Part shown: positions 9,939-19,785 of the stretch, piece after piece
Position numbering within the stretch: the first letter of the stretch is position 1
Layout: every line of letters begins with the position of its first letter
Sequence record: SRR2962707_648
Length of the DNA: 64,000 nucleotides
Reading direction: 5' to 3' (one strand)
The notes under the pieces: generated by a model
Seen by the model: the letters and a program-made list of their open reading frames with translations, nothing else
Told to the model about the DNA's origin: nothing
Databases searched by the model: none
Position numbers and translations under genes: made by a program

Positions 9939-12321
9939 AAATTTCTCCTTTCCTTTGCAGTTGCTCGCCTTTTTTCACATCAATTTTAAAGGAGGAGCTT
10001 TTAGCGTCTTTTAGGGTGACTTCGTAGAGGCAAGGCTTTAAACCTGTAATGGCAAATCGCCCAGACCTATTAGTAAAGAATGTGCTCTCTTTTTTATTGC
10101 TGTCCGTAGTACAAACCGCGGTACCTACTTGTAATGCCAATGGCTCTTTATTCTCATCTAATAAAGTGGCGATAACAGAGATATTGGCTTCAGTTCCCAC
10201 CACAACCCCATAACCACTGCGGTAAGACGGATAGAAAGATAAGACACCTGAGCCAATGTCATAGCCTGGTGCTAAATCATTCACATCCACAGTAACGGAT
10301 GAATAACTGTATGAGCTTAAGTCGTTGATTAAAATACTGTCAAAGTCCTTGTTACTCGCCCGATACTCATCGTCATAACTGCCTAATACGATGGTTTTAT
10401 CCCCTAATGTTGGGTGCGCATCCACCACCGCAAAGCTGTCATCGATGGTTTTTCCGACCGCCCAATGGCCACCGGCAAATGCCACACTGGACGAAAGGCT
10501 TAAGCGGCTTTGATGCTGGGCGGATTGAGCATTAAGCTGGTCGTAATAACTGGCTTGGTCAAAGCTCGCGGTAAAACGGTTGCCGTTATACAGCGTCGTT
10601 AAGTCCAATGCGGCTTCGTTTTCATCGTTCTTTTCAATACCGGCTCGTACATTTAAAGCACCCACATACCTCTGGTCATTCTCTTGGCTAAATTCCAGAC
10701 GCGTGCTATCTCGAGAAGACTGGTGGGATAATTTCACTTTTCTCTGACTCGACAGTTTATAGCTCAAAGACAAGCTAACACTCCAATCATCTTCTCCTTG
10801 GTTTTCTTCCCATTGCCCCCCTACGCTGTAACGAAACTGCCCCTTTGCCAAGTCCTGAGAGAAGAGTACTGCAAACGATTTATTGAGCTCTTCTTGGTCA
10901 TAATTTCTAGATAAGTTGGCGGATAAAGAGGTCTGGAAAGTGGGCGTAACAAAAAAACTGTAGTTGGCTAAAATCTGGTGTTCACTGTTCACAGTTGTAT
11001 CATCTGTATCAGGTCGATAGCCTAACCGCCTAAAATATCGTGTGGCGTGCTCATAGCCCAAACTAAAGTCTTTGTGGGCTGGACTATTATCGGTAAAACT
11101 GCTGTATACCACTCGATAGGCTTGGCCATTTTCATCACTGCTACTAAAGGCATTTTCAAAGGCAATTTGCCCAATGGGCGAAGCGTAAATATTTTTAAGC
11201 CCCACCTGCTGCACAAATTCATCCGCTTGGGCATTGGCGCCTACCGTCCAATCCGTTGTCACACCATAGTCTAAATAACCACTGATAAAGGGTTCACTAT
11301 ATTGATACTCTAGCTGATCTTGCAGCTCGGCGGGCACGCCCACATGAAGCTCATATTCAAACTCCCCTTTCGCAAATAAATCCAACCCCGTTGTGACATC
11401 AAAATTCACATACGTCACCACACCCACATTGTCGGTAATGCGCAAAGTGATATCGTTACTGCCTTCATTAAGCGGGATATCATTTAAGGAATAAACGCCC
11501 GAAGCTAAATTCAATCGTCTGATAACTTGATCGTCCACCAGCACTTCAACTGACGATGGGCTGGTTAAGGTAAAACTTCTGGATGCACTGGGCTGAATAA
11601 TACGATCTGATACCAATGAATAATCATGGGTAATCGACACCCCTAGCATGCGAGTTGAAGACTGAAAATAACTGCCAAAACTGTAATTATCACCAATCTC
11701 TATGCGGGCGCCATCTAGGGGTAAATCATGGACTAAGCGTGATCCAGTTCGCGTAATACTAGACTCACCAGCGGCACTGACTGAGCTGTATTCATTCTCG
11801 TTTTCTATTACCCAACCTTGCCAGTTCATCACCATTTCAGAGCGAATATCCAATTGTTCACTGATGGTTTCTTCCACCTCATCACGCTGGTACAAATAAC
11901 TCGAATACAAGTTTAAATAACCACTGATGTCTGCAGGTTGATCACTTTTAGGTCTTGCGCTATCCGTTCTGACACTTAAGGTTTGAGGACGAATTAGCTC
12001 TAATGGTGCAGACATTTTTAAACTAAAGTCGCTTAAATCGAACGTGACGGAAAAACCTTGGGACTCCAATGATTGTTGCGAAATTAGTTCCCCATCTAAC
12101 TCGCTTTTAAGCGAAGTTAATGCGCTTGGGTACAACATTTTCACAAGGCTGGGTTCTAACTCGCTCCATTTGAGCAATAACGCGTCTTCTGGTGTTACGC
12201 TTAATGTCAGCTGACCTATCGAGGTTTTATTCAACTCAGCCTCCACTCTCAAATCAATAGTTCGATTAGATGGGTTGATTTTCGCCATACTCAATGTCGA
12301 AAAAAAAACAATATTAGACAT
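9928..12321 (-). CDS. Fimbrial outer-membrane usher (true start possibly 12335, frameshifted)
   Basis: About 800 aa, beta-rich; SSVEVLVDD...GVYSLNDIPLNEGSNDITLRITD and FFTNRSGRF motifs; located in a chaperone/pilin operon. Confidence 0.85.
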   Translation of the reverse strand: MSNIVFFSTLSMAKINPSNRTIDLRVEAELNKTSIGQLTLSVTPEDALLLKWSELEPSLVKMLYPSALTSLKSELDGELISQQSLESQGFSVTFDLSDFSLKMSAPLELIRPQTLSVRTDSARPKSDQPADISGYLNLYSSYLYQRDEVEETISEQLDIRSEMVMNWQGWVIENENEYSSVSAAGESSITRTGSRLVHDLPLDGARIEIGDNYSFGSYFQSSTRMLGVSITHDYSLVSDRIIQPSASRSFTLTSPSSVEVLVDDQVIRRLNLASGVYSLNDIPLNEGSNDITLRITDNVGVVTYVNFDVTTGLDLFAKGEFEYELHVGVPAELQDQLEYQYSEPFISGYLDYGVTTDWTVGANAQADEFVQQVGLKNIYASPIGQIAFENAFSSSDENGQAYRVVYSSFTDNSPAHKDFSLGYEHATRYFRRLGYRPDTDDTTVNSEHQILANYSFFVTPTFQTSLSANLSRNYDQEELNKSFAVLFSQDLAKGQFRYSVGGQWEENQGEDDWSVSLSLSYKLSSQRKVKLSHQSSRDSTRLEFSQENDQRYVGALNVRAGIEKNDENEAALDLTTLYNGNRFTASFDQASYYDQLNAQSAQHQSRLSLSSSVAFAGGHWAVGKTIDDSFAVVDAHPTLGDKTIVLGSYDDEYRASNKDFDSILINDLSSYSYSSVTVDVNDLAPGYDIGSGVLSFYPSYRSGYGVVVGTEANISVIATLLDENKEPLALQVGTAVCTTDSNKKESTFFTNRSGRFAITGLKPCLYEVTLKDAKSSSFKIDVKKGEQLQRKGEIYVH

Positions 12322-12337
12322 AAAAAAATTCGCATAA

Positions 12338-13063
12338 CTATTCCATCAGCTCTAGTTTTACATTGTTTTTATTCTTTTTTATTAGATCTGACACAGGGAT
12401 TTTTACGAACATAGCGCTCTTAGGCGGAAAAAAAACGTCGTAGCCCTGAGACTTTAATTCCTGTTTGGCAATGTGCTTTAACTCGACGCCATCTTCAACA
12501 ATATCAATATCGTAATCACTTAATCGGCTCGCCCCAGCGCCTTTATTCATTACCTTAGCGATTAAGACGCCATTTTTTATATTAGATGGTCCTACGCTTA
12601 TGTCTGGAGTAAGTACCGCTTGGTCAATATGAACAATCAAATTAACGTCCAATAGGATGGTTAACTTCGACTGTTTTTCTATCGGTAAATTCGCAATAGG
12701 CTGTTCAATCAAACTGACTTGATAAGTTTTATCGACAGAGGGGACATTCTTACCAACCCATCTAAATTGTATTCGTTGGCTTTTTCCTGCTTTTAAATAC
12801 AAAGACGGCGGAAAAACCCATAACGGAGCATCATCCACAGGGATCAATTTAGGCTCGGTGGCACCAGTTGAATCAAAATCCACTTCATAAATTTGAATAT
12901 CAAAAGCAATGTCTCTGGGTAGCTGGTTGTAAACCAAACTAAAGGGGGTTCTTACCGAATCATAAGGCGAAAAAGTAATGACCATGGGCGTTACTTCTAC
13001 TGCATAGACTGGTGCTGTCACCAGGCTATACAGGAATAATGTCATTACGGTTCGCCACAACAT
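12338..13063 (-). CDS. Periplasmic pilus chaperone 2 (PapD-like fold)
   Basis: Signal peptide; WVFPPSLYLKAGKSQRIQFRW and NKGAG motifs. Confidence 0.8.
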   Translation of the reverse strand: MLWRTVMTLFLYSLVTAPVYAVEVTPMVITFSPYDSVRTPFSLVYNQLPRDIAFDIQIYEVDFDSTGATEPKLIPVDDAPLWVFPPSLYLKAGKSQRIQFRWVGKNVPSVDKTYQVSLIEQPIANLPIEKQSKLTILLDVNLIVHIDQAVLTPDISVGPSNIKNGVLIAKVMNKGAGASRLSDYDIDIVEDGVELKHIAKQELKSQGYDVFFPPKSAMFVKIPVSDLIKKNKNNVKLELME

Positions 13064-13761
13064 TATAAAGTCACTTCCAAATCACTATCAGAGGCATTAA
13101 ATTGTGATGGCACTCTAACCAAAACGGTACTTTTTGAATTAGGGAGCATAATCTTCCCACTTAAAGACTGGCTAAGCTCCTTACCTTCTAAGACAAATTC
13201 TCCATCTTTATTATGTATCTTCCATTTCGATTGAGTCAGGCGAATAAATTTATTCCCTGTATTCTCTAAATCGACACTCCAAACCCCTTTAGAAACTTGC
13301 TTTTTCCCTTTAATAGAGACATTTGCCTCTGCATTGTCAGGAACCACATTTAATAGTGTATGAAAATTCATAGCCATAGTTACCCCAGAACTTGAAGAGG
13401 AATCTAACGACAAGGGTATTTGATTAATCGCAATTCGGTAAGCTTTAGAGGAGGACAATACAGGATCACCAATATAACGAACAATAATAGACTGACTCTT
13501 TCCAGGCTGAACAATACTGGTTATAGGGATAATTAAAAAATCTTCTCCATTTATTTTTAAGCTTTCTTTACCATTAGCATCTATCAACAAATCAAACGCT
13601 TCTATCTCAATAGTCAACGGATCTTTAGTACTATTATAAACCCGCATAGTTTGTTGAGATTGACTGCCAGATGGCTTTATTTCTGAGACCATCGGCCTAA
13701 CTTCAAATGCAAATACTGAATAAGAAACAACAAACAAAAGAAAACTGATAATATATTTCAT
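13063..13761 (-). CDS. Periplasmic pilus chaperone 1 (PapD-like fold)
   Basis: Signal peptide from ATG 13761; PGKSQSIIVRY, AYRIAINQIP and ENTGNK motifs. Confidence 0.85.
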   Translation of the reverse strand: MKYIISFLLFVVSYSVFAFEVRPMVSEIKPSGSQSQQTMRVYNSTKDPLTIEIEAFDLLIDANGKESLKINGEDFLIIPITSIVQPGKSQSIIVRYIGDPVLSSSKAYRIAINQIPLSLDSSSSSGVTMAMNFHTLLNVVPDNAEANVSIKGKKQVSKGVWSVDLENTGNKFIRLTQSKWKIHNKDGEFVLEGKELSQSLSGKIMLPNSKSTVLVRVPSQFNASDSDLEVTL

Positions 13762-13776
13762 AATATTCTTCCTAAT

Positions 13777-13806
13777 AAAAAAGGCAGTGATAGCACTGCC
13801 TTTTTT
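13777..13806 (-). terminator. Intra-operon stem-loop/terminator after the putative major pilin
   Basis: AAAAAAGGCAGTG-ATAG-CACTGCCTTTTTT perfect inverted repeat. Confidence 0.75.
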
Positions 13807-13816
13807 CATTTAAATA

Positions 13817-14296
13817 TTAGTTAGCTGCAATTGTTAAGCTTAATTGATCAGTATAGAAACCTGAGAAAGTTGGATTACCTACAACAGTAAGTGTAACCGT
13901 TCCAGGAATGCCAGTAGCCAAGTCTGTAGAACCAGGCTCGCTTTGAGACATACTCAAATCATCAACACCAGTAGTTGCACTTAGGGTGAAGTTATATGGT
14001 AATGCAGTTAACGCCGCAGTATAGCCAACACCTGTTGCATCCAAGCCATCAACGGTTTGCATATGACCTTCTGAAGACGTTAATGTTACAGTCGCTCCAT
14101 CATAATCATTACATTTGATTTTAAAGCCAAAAGTGCTTTGTTCACCGTCAATTAAGTCTGGGAAAGTAACAGAGGACTCGCTACCTGGCATGACTTTACA
14201 AACAGATGGTACATGACCACCCACTGCTACATCACTTGCGAATGCGACACCAGAAGTAAGGGCTGCGATTGCTGATAATACTATTAACTTTTTCAT
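13817..14296 (-). CDS. Putative major pilin subunit
   Basis: Signal peptide ending AFA; G-x-V-P-x-x-C ... CN Cys pair; C-terminal SGFYTDQLSLTI. Confidence 0.72.
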   Translation of the reverse strand: MKKLIVLSAIAALTSGVAFASDVAVGGHVPSVCKVMPGSESSVTFPDLIDGEQSTFGFKIKCNDYDGATVTLTSSEGHMQTVDGLDATGVGYTAALTALPYNFTLSATTGVDDLSMSQSEPGSTDLATGIPGTVTLTVVGNPTFSGFYTDQLSLTIAAN

Positions 14297-14340
14297 CTTG
14301 ATATTCCTTATATAATATTTAATATCTAAAAATTAATGCT

Positions 14341-14811
14341 TTACCATACTCCACCGGATATTGCTGATGGGGTCATTTCTATGCGAATAACGTCCTGGTA
14401 ATTCCCCGCATAAATCAAAGGGTCCACTAGTTTAAGCTGTAATGTCGCTATGCTTTTAAATAAAATCTCATTTACGTTAAACATCTTTGTGTTTTTTAGT
14501 TGATGCGCCAATACAGACGTACTGTAATTTGCATCCGCTATCGACAATGTCACGCTATAATCATTTATTTGAGTACCTTTCTGATGGCGCAAACCACCAT
14601 TTTCAGATTGCATCGATACTCGCATGGGTGAATTACAATCAATCACCAGTTCTGTGCTAGCTAAACCATTATTAGAAAGAGACAAGTTATTGCTCTCTGC
14701 TGTAAAGCCACATTTTTCAGGAATATACCCAATTAATGTTAAACTTACGTCATCACTACTATAAGCATTGAAGGCGTAGGCAGATAATATAATTGCAATA
14801 CTTTTTCTCAT
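14341..14811 (-). CDS. Putative pilin-like subunit
   Basis: Signal peptide; GYIPEKC...DCNSP...SENGGL; C-terminal AGNYQDVIRIEM; same pattern as the neighbouring pilin. Confidence 0.68.
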   Translation of the reverse strand: MRKSIAIILSAYAFNAYSSDDVSLTLIGYIPEKCGFTAESNNLSLSNNGLASTELVIDCNSPMRVSMQSENGGLRHQKGTQINDYSVTLSIADANYSTSVLAHQLKNTKMFNVNEILFKSIATLQLKLVDPLIYAGNYQDVIRIEMTPSAISGGVW

Positions 14812-15055
14812 TTCCTTTACTTCCTTTTGCCAGCCTCGCTAACACCATTTGATCCTAGATAATAAAAATCTGTTTAGTACGTTTCTATTTGCTTACTTTC
14901 ATATCGAATAAAGCCGTATCATTTAAATACACCAACATTTACAACTAAATATTTTCATAACTAAATAAATTAAGAGATAAACAAAAAATCAAGATTTCTG
15001 GCTTTTCTGATGCCATAACAAAGACTTACAAAAGGTCACAAAGAAGAACAAAATG

Positions 15056-15072
15056 TAAACATCAGGTAAACA
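15056..15072 (-). promoter_or_regulatory. PhoP/OmpR-type tandem repeat upstream of the pilus operon
   Basis: Minus strand TGTTTA-CCTGA-TGTTTA. Confidence 0.35.
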
Positions 15073-15638
15073 TAAAACCACATAGAGCAAGCACAACGTT
15101 TGAAAAAAAATTAAACAATCGGTTAATGTTTACAGATACCTTAATCACCTTATACACATCGTTACAGTTCCTTTACCTTTAAAAACGCTTTTTTAGCCAC
15201 TAAAAAACACGTGATTGCAAGACCAACATGCTACTTTCTTGCTATTTTTTTTCATTATTCCATGAAGGCTCTTTGGCTTTTTATTCGATGGTTTCCTTGC
15301 CACCCAGATAAAAACGCTTACTTAGAAGAAAAACACACAAATCGGACAACAAAAGAGAGGGAAAGAAGCGCAACAGAAGAAATTAAAATGAGGAATGAAT
15401 GGGCGAGCGACACCGAATCATCAAACAACACCTTAGCAGGGAGCATAGGGCCTTATTAAGGCCTGAGTTTATGCCATTGACGACAGCCAAACGAAGATCC
15501 AGCAGCCACAAGGTAGCAATAGCCAATAATTTTACTCACTCGATACCTGGCGCTATGGGGAGTCTTAACTGGCTCTACTCAGAGTGCGCTCTAGGCAGCA
15601 TACTTCTGCCCTATTTACTTTTTAGGAAGCTGTGCTCT

Positions 15639-16370
15639 ATGGAAAATCTAGTCTATTTAGTTCCTATTGTTTTTTTTGCCGGTATTGTTCGCGGCTATGC
15701 TGGCTTTGGCTTTGCCGTGATTGCTGTTATTGGCTTAAACCTATTTCTAGACCCGATTAAAAGCGTGCCTATTGTGTTAGCACTGGATTTCATTTGCAGC
15801 ATCAGCCTGATTAGAGAAGCGACTAAACACGCGGATAAAAAAACGTTTCGCATTTTGGCTAGTGGCTCAATATTAGGCATTCCAATTGGCCTCTTATTAT
15901 TGTATTTACTGCCTGCTATCTGGTTGAAACTGGCGATCTGTTCCTTTGTCTTGATACTGGTGATGCTATTAATCAAAAAAGCTAAACCGTCTCAGAACGA
16001 TTCATTCGGTAAAAAATTATTAACAGGAGTCGCTTCAGGCGTTGGCACTTCTAGTGCCTCTATTGGTGGCCCAATGATCCTTTATTACATTTTATCCAGC
16101 CCTCTGAATGTCAGAGCACAGCGGGCTACCATGATTTTATTTTTTATCGTCAGTGAATTGGTTGCGCTAATTGGCCTAGGGTTAAGCCAATCCTCCAGTA
16201 ATGAGGTGTATCTTGCTATCGCATGCTTGTTAGTGCCCACTATGATAGGCGTTAAAATTGGTCAATTCTTTTTTAACAAACGCCCTCCAACATCCTTTAA
16301 GTCCATCTCTCTACCGTTAATGGTCCTCGTTGCGGTCGTTGGGTTTAGCCAAGCCTTTCGTTCTATGTAA
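15639..16370 (+). CDS. Sulfite exporter TauE/SafE family protein
   Basis: GIVRGYAGFGFA and SIGGPM motifs; multiple TM segments; AGGA RBS before ATG 15639; next to tau genes. Confidence 0.85.
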   Translation: MENLVYLVPIVFFAGIVRGYAGFGFAVIAVIGLNLFLDPIKSVPIVLALDFICSISLIREATKHADKKTFRILASGSILGIPIGLLLLYLLPAIWLKLAICSFVLILVMLLIKKAKPSQNDSFGKKLLTGVASGVGTSSASIGGPMILYYILSSPLNVRAQRATMILFFIVSELVALIGLGLSQSSSNEVYLAIACLLVPTMIGVKIGQFFFNKRPPTSFKSISLPLMVLVAVVGFSQAFRSM

Positions 16371-16713
16371 AAAAACAGCGCGGAGTAAGTAACCTCATTA
16401 AGTGAGGTACTATGCTGCGCTGACACGCCCCTTTCTACTGTCGCCCTTCACTCCTTTGTCCCACCCTTATGTCCGTATATGGTCAATCACGAAACCACGT
16501 ATTCCCCTGTGTTACCGAGGCTTTAGCAGCGGCTGACATTCGGATTAAACGACGCTAAAACACCTCGCTCTAATATTCCCAAAATAATATCACCTAGAAG
16601 CCCAGCGCTATTCTGAAGACCGTCTGGGCATAAAAAAGCCAACGCTTTAAGCATTGGCTTTGGTTGAGAAGAACGAGCGGTTTAAAAGATACGATTACGT
16701 AAATCGATAGCGC

Positions 16714-17712
16714 TTATTGCATCGCTGCTTTCACATACTCAGGGTTCACAAAGACAGAATAATCCTCTTTTAAACCACTGATTTTTTTCTGCTCCAATAA
16801 GAACTCAGACGTGGCTTTCAGAGCCGAAACAACGCCCCCTTTGTCACCACAGCCTAACCAAGCGCAAGACCCTTGCTCTTTAAGCGTTGGGTATTCGTAT
16901 AGCGCCATCACACTTGGCACAGTATTGATATCACCACCAGTGATTTTACTGATGGATTTGGCCATCGGGTTGTCCGTTGTAAAGCTTGTTTTATGATCGT
17001 TGTATTCTTTGTCTACCGCGGCCACAATTTTGACAAAATCGACTAGAAATTGCTTATGGGTTTCCGAAAACTTCTTGTTTGCCACCAACCCATCAAACGT
17101 TGGTTTGCCCCAAGAGCTTAATGTTTTCGAGGTAATAAGCACATGTCCATTTTGCTTGATTTGGCCTAACACTGGATCCCAAATAAACGCGGCATCAATA
17201 TCACCACGACGCCAAGCAGCAGCGATAGCGCTCGGCTGCATGTTCAACAGTTTCACTTCACTTGGCTTAATGCCAAATTGCTCTAAGGCAAACATCATAT
17301 GAAAATGCGTTGTCGAGACAAACGGGACGGCAATGGTTTTACCTTTCAGATCAGAGGGTTTCATAATGTCGGAGCCATTACGAACCACCATAGCCTCGGC
17401 ATCACCAATGTTTTCTAAAATCCAAAAGACCTCTGCTTTCACACCATTACTCACCGCCGCAGCAATAGGACTAGAGCCTGCAGTCGCAATGTCTACACTG
17501 CCTGATGCCAATGCGGTCATGGCTTTCGCACCGGAATCAAAACGCCGCCAATTGATGGTCACACCCAACTTTTTCTCTATGATTTTTTCATCAATTACCT
17601 TTTTATAAGGGTTAAAAATCCCTTGGTAACCTATGGTGATTTCTTCTGACATAGCGCTAAATGAAATCGCCATAGCGCCCGCGAACAAAGCTACTTTTTT
17701 CACAAATTTCAT
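16714..17712 (-). CDS. tauA: Taurine ABC transporter substrate-binding protein
   Basis: INWRRFDSGA, GSSPIAAA, PFVSTTH and AAWRRGDIDAAFIWDP motifs. Confidence 0.88.
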   Translation of the reverse strand: MKFVKKVALFAGAMAISFSAMSEEITIGYQGIFNPYKKVIDEKIIEKKLGVTINWRRFDSGAKAMTALASGSVDIATAGSSPIAAAVSNGVKAEVFWILENIGDAEAMVVRNGSDIMKPSDLKGKTIAVPFVSTTHFHMMFALEQFGIKPSEVKLLNMQPSAIAAAWRRGDIDAAFIWDPVLGQIKQNGHVLITSKTLSSWGKPTFDGLVANKKFSETHKQFLVDFVKIVAAVDKEYNDHKTSFTTDNPMAKSISKITGGDINTVPSVMALYEYPTLKEQGSCAWLGCGDKGGVVSALKATSEFLLEQKKISGLKEDYSVFVNPEYVKAAMQ

Positions 17713-17787
17713 AGTTATTCCTTGCATGATAGTTTAATAGTTTTAATGAATTATGTGTTTTCAACCTATAACTCAGTCGCCCTGTTA

Positions 17788-18726
17788 TTAGTTATGACCT
17801 TTCCATGGAACAAGCTTTCTTTCCAAATAACGCATCAGTAGATCAAAGCAATACGCAATCACACCAATCACTATGATCCCAGCAATGACCACATCGGTAC
17901 GTAAGAACTCAGACGCGTTTAACACCATAAAACCAATACCTCGTTGCGCCGCGACCATTTCTGCCGCCACCAAGGTTGTCCACCCAAAACCAATTGCGAT
18001 GCGCATGCCTGTTAACACATCAGGTAACGCACCTTTCGCAATCACTTGGGTTATTACCTGCCAACGACTCGCCCCCATAGAGTAAGCCACTTGAATTTGC
18101 TCGATACGCACCGAGGTTACGCCAGCACGAGCGCTCAAAATAATCGGCGCGAGCATGGCCAGAAAGATCAACGTCATCTTGCTGCTTTCATCAATCCCCA
18201 ACCAAATAATGATGAGCGGTAAGTAAGCCAATGGTGGTAATGGGCGATAGAACTCGATCAGTGGATCAAAAATACCGCGTAAGATGTAGCTGCAACCGAT
18301 TAAAATCCCGAGCGGAATACCAATCAAACAGGCAAAGAAAAAGGCACCGAAAATTCGCGTCAAACTGGCCGATAAATGCTCTATTAGCGTCGCACCAGCA
18401 AACCCGTTATTGGCAATGTCGAGAAACTTTTGAAACACATCAAACGGCGACGGTAAGAACAAAGGATCAATAAACCCCATCTCGGTGACCAAAGCCCAAA
18501 TGCCAATAAACAAAAGCGTCGACACGACAGAAATAAGGCGGCTGTCGCCTGCCCCAGGCGCGCCATAGAACTCACCACTTTTAATCGAAGGTTTGCTGAT
18601 TTTCAATTTCGAATAAAGCATGAGTTTTTGTATTAATGGGGTGAACTCTTTGTTTGCTAAAACCGGTGCTTTCGACTCGTTTTTTGCATTTGTATCAGCT
18701 AAAGCTGTGGTTGATTTAATGTTCAT
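17788..18726 (-). CDS. tauC: Taurine ABC transporter permease
   Basis: DPLIEFYRPLPPLAYLPL and GWTTLVAAE motifs; ends VPWKG. Confidence 0.88.
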   Translation of the reverse strand: MNIKSTTALADTNAKNESKAPVLANKEFTPLIQKLMLYSKLKISKPSIKSGEFYGAPGAGDSRLISVVSTLLFIGIWALVTEMGFIDPLFLPSPFDVFQKFLDIANNGFAGATLIEHLSASLTRIFGAFFFACLIGIPLGILIGCSYILRGIFDPLIEFYRPLPPLAYLPLIIIWLGIDESSKMTLIFLAMLAPIILSARAGVTSVRIEQIQVAYSMGASRWQVITQVIAKGALPDVLTGMRIAIGFGWTTLVAAEMVAAQRGIGFMVLNASEFLRTDVVIAGIIVIGVIAYCFDLLMRYLERKLVPWKGHN

Positions 18727-18727
18727 A

Positions 18728-19573
18728 TTAAGCCCCTTCTTGACCCGTTTCATCGCCATGAATGATCGATAATATCTTTTCTCTTGTACTGATAAATGCT
18801 TCGCTAGATTTCACTTTACGAGCGTCACGACACGCCAAAAACTCTCTATTAAAGTTCAGATCAAACTGGTGAGTAATACGCCCTGGACGAGGTGACATCA
18901 CAATCAGACGAGTGGCTAACAACAAGGCTTCATCCACACTGTGTGTGATGAAAAACATCATTTTATTGGTCTCTTGCCAGACATCTAATAACAGCTCTTG
19001 CAAGGACTCTCGTGTCAAGGCGTCTAGGGCTCCTAAAGGCTCATCAAGAAGTAGCATTTCTGGATTATTCGCCAACGCTCTGGCAATCCCCACACGCTGC
19101 TGCATGCCACCAGACAATTGATAAACGCGGTGATGATGAAAGTCTTCTAACCCCACCAGCTTTAGAAATTCTGCGGCTTTTTCACGACGCTCTTTTTTGC
19201 CAACACCTTGTAGCTTAAGACCAAATTCCGTGTTCTCAATCACATCAAGCCAAGGCAACAACGCGTGCTTTTGAAACACCACACCACGATCTGCTCCTGG
19301 ACCAATCACTTCATCGCCCAGATCCAAACCACAAGCAATGCGTGGGTAGCCCTTTATTGAGCTATCACCCAATGTTAAATACCCTTTGCTAGGGGCAATA
19401 AATCCTGCAATCAAACTCAATAAAGTGGTTTTACCGCAACCTGAAGCGCCTAAGGCAACCACTAGGTCTCCTTGCTCTATCGTCAAATTGATATCAGACA
19501 GCGCTGTGACCGCTTCTCCCCCTTGAGAGGCAGGGTAAACTACCGATACATCCCGAATGTCTAATGTATTCAT
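18728..19573 (-). CDS. tauB: Taurine ABC transporter ATP-binding protein
   Basis: GASGCGKTT, GPGADRGVVFQ, LSGGMQQR and LLDEP motifs. Confidence 0.88.
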   Translation of the reverse strand: MNTLDIRDVSVVYPASQGGEAVTALSDINLTIEQGDLVVALGASGCGKTTLLSLIAGFIAPSKGYLTLGDSSIKGYPRIACGLDLGDEVIGPGADRGVVFQKHALLPWLDVIENTEFGLKLQGVGKKERREKAAEFLKLVGLEDFHHHRVYQLSGGMQQRVGIARALANNPEMLLLDEPLGALDALTRESLQELLLDVWQETNKMMFFITHSVDEALLLATRLIVMSPRPGRITHQFDLNFNREFLACRDARKVKSSEAFISTREKILSIIHGDETGQEGA

Positions 19574-19785
19574 TTTTCCACTCCTGTTCTGCCTAACTCA
19601 TCTCACGACGTGTAAGGCAATTCGTTAAATCTTGTTATTCAAGTTACTTATCTGACCTCCAAAGCCATAGAGCCAACCCACAAATTTTATGGTCCAGAGA
19701 AAAACATAAGAAAACATGGAGTATTTTTTGCATAAATGAACACTAGATTTTCAAGTCCTGTGCTAATTCGAGAAAGGTAATAACA

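Noticed and set aside
15211-15638. 82-aa ORF and the long N-terminal extension of the TauE ORF
   Set aside because: No family signal; the TauE-like sequence and its RBS begin at 15639.
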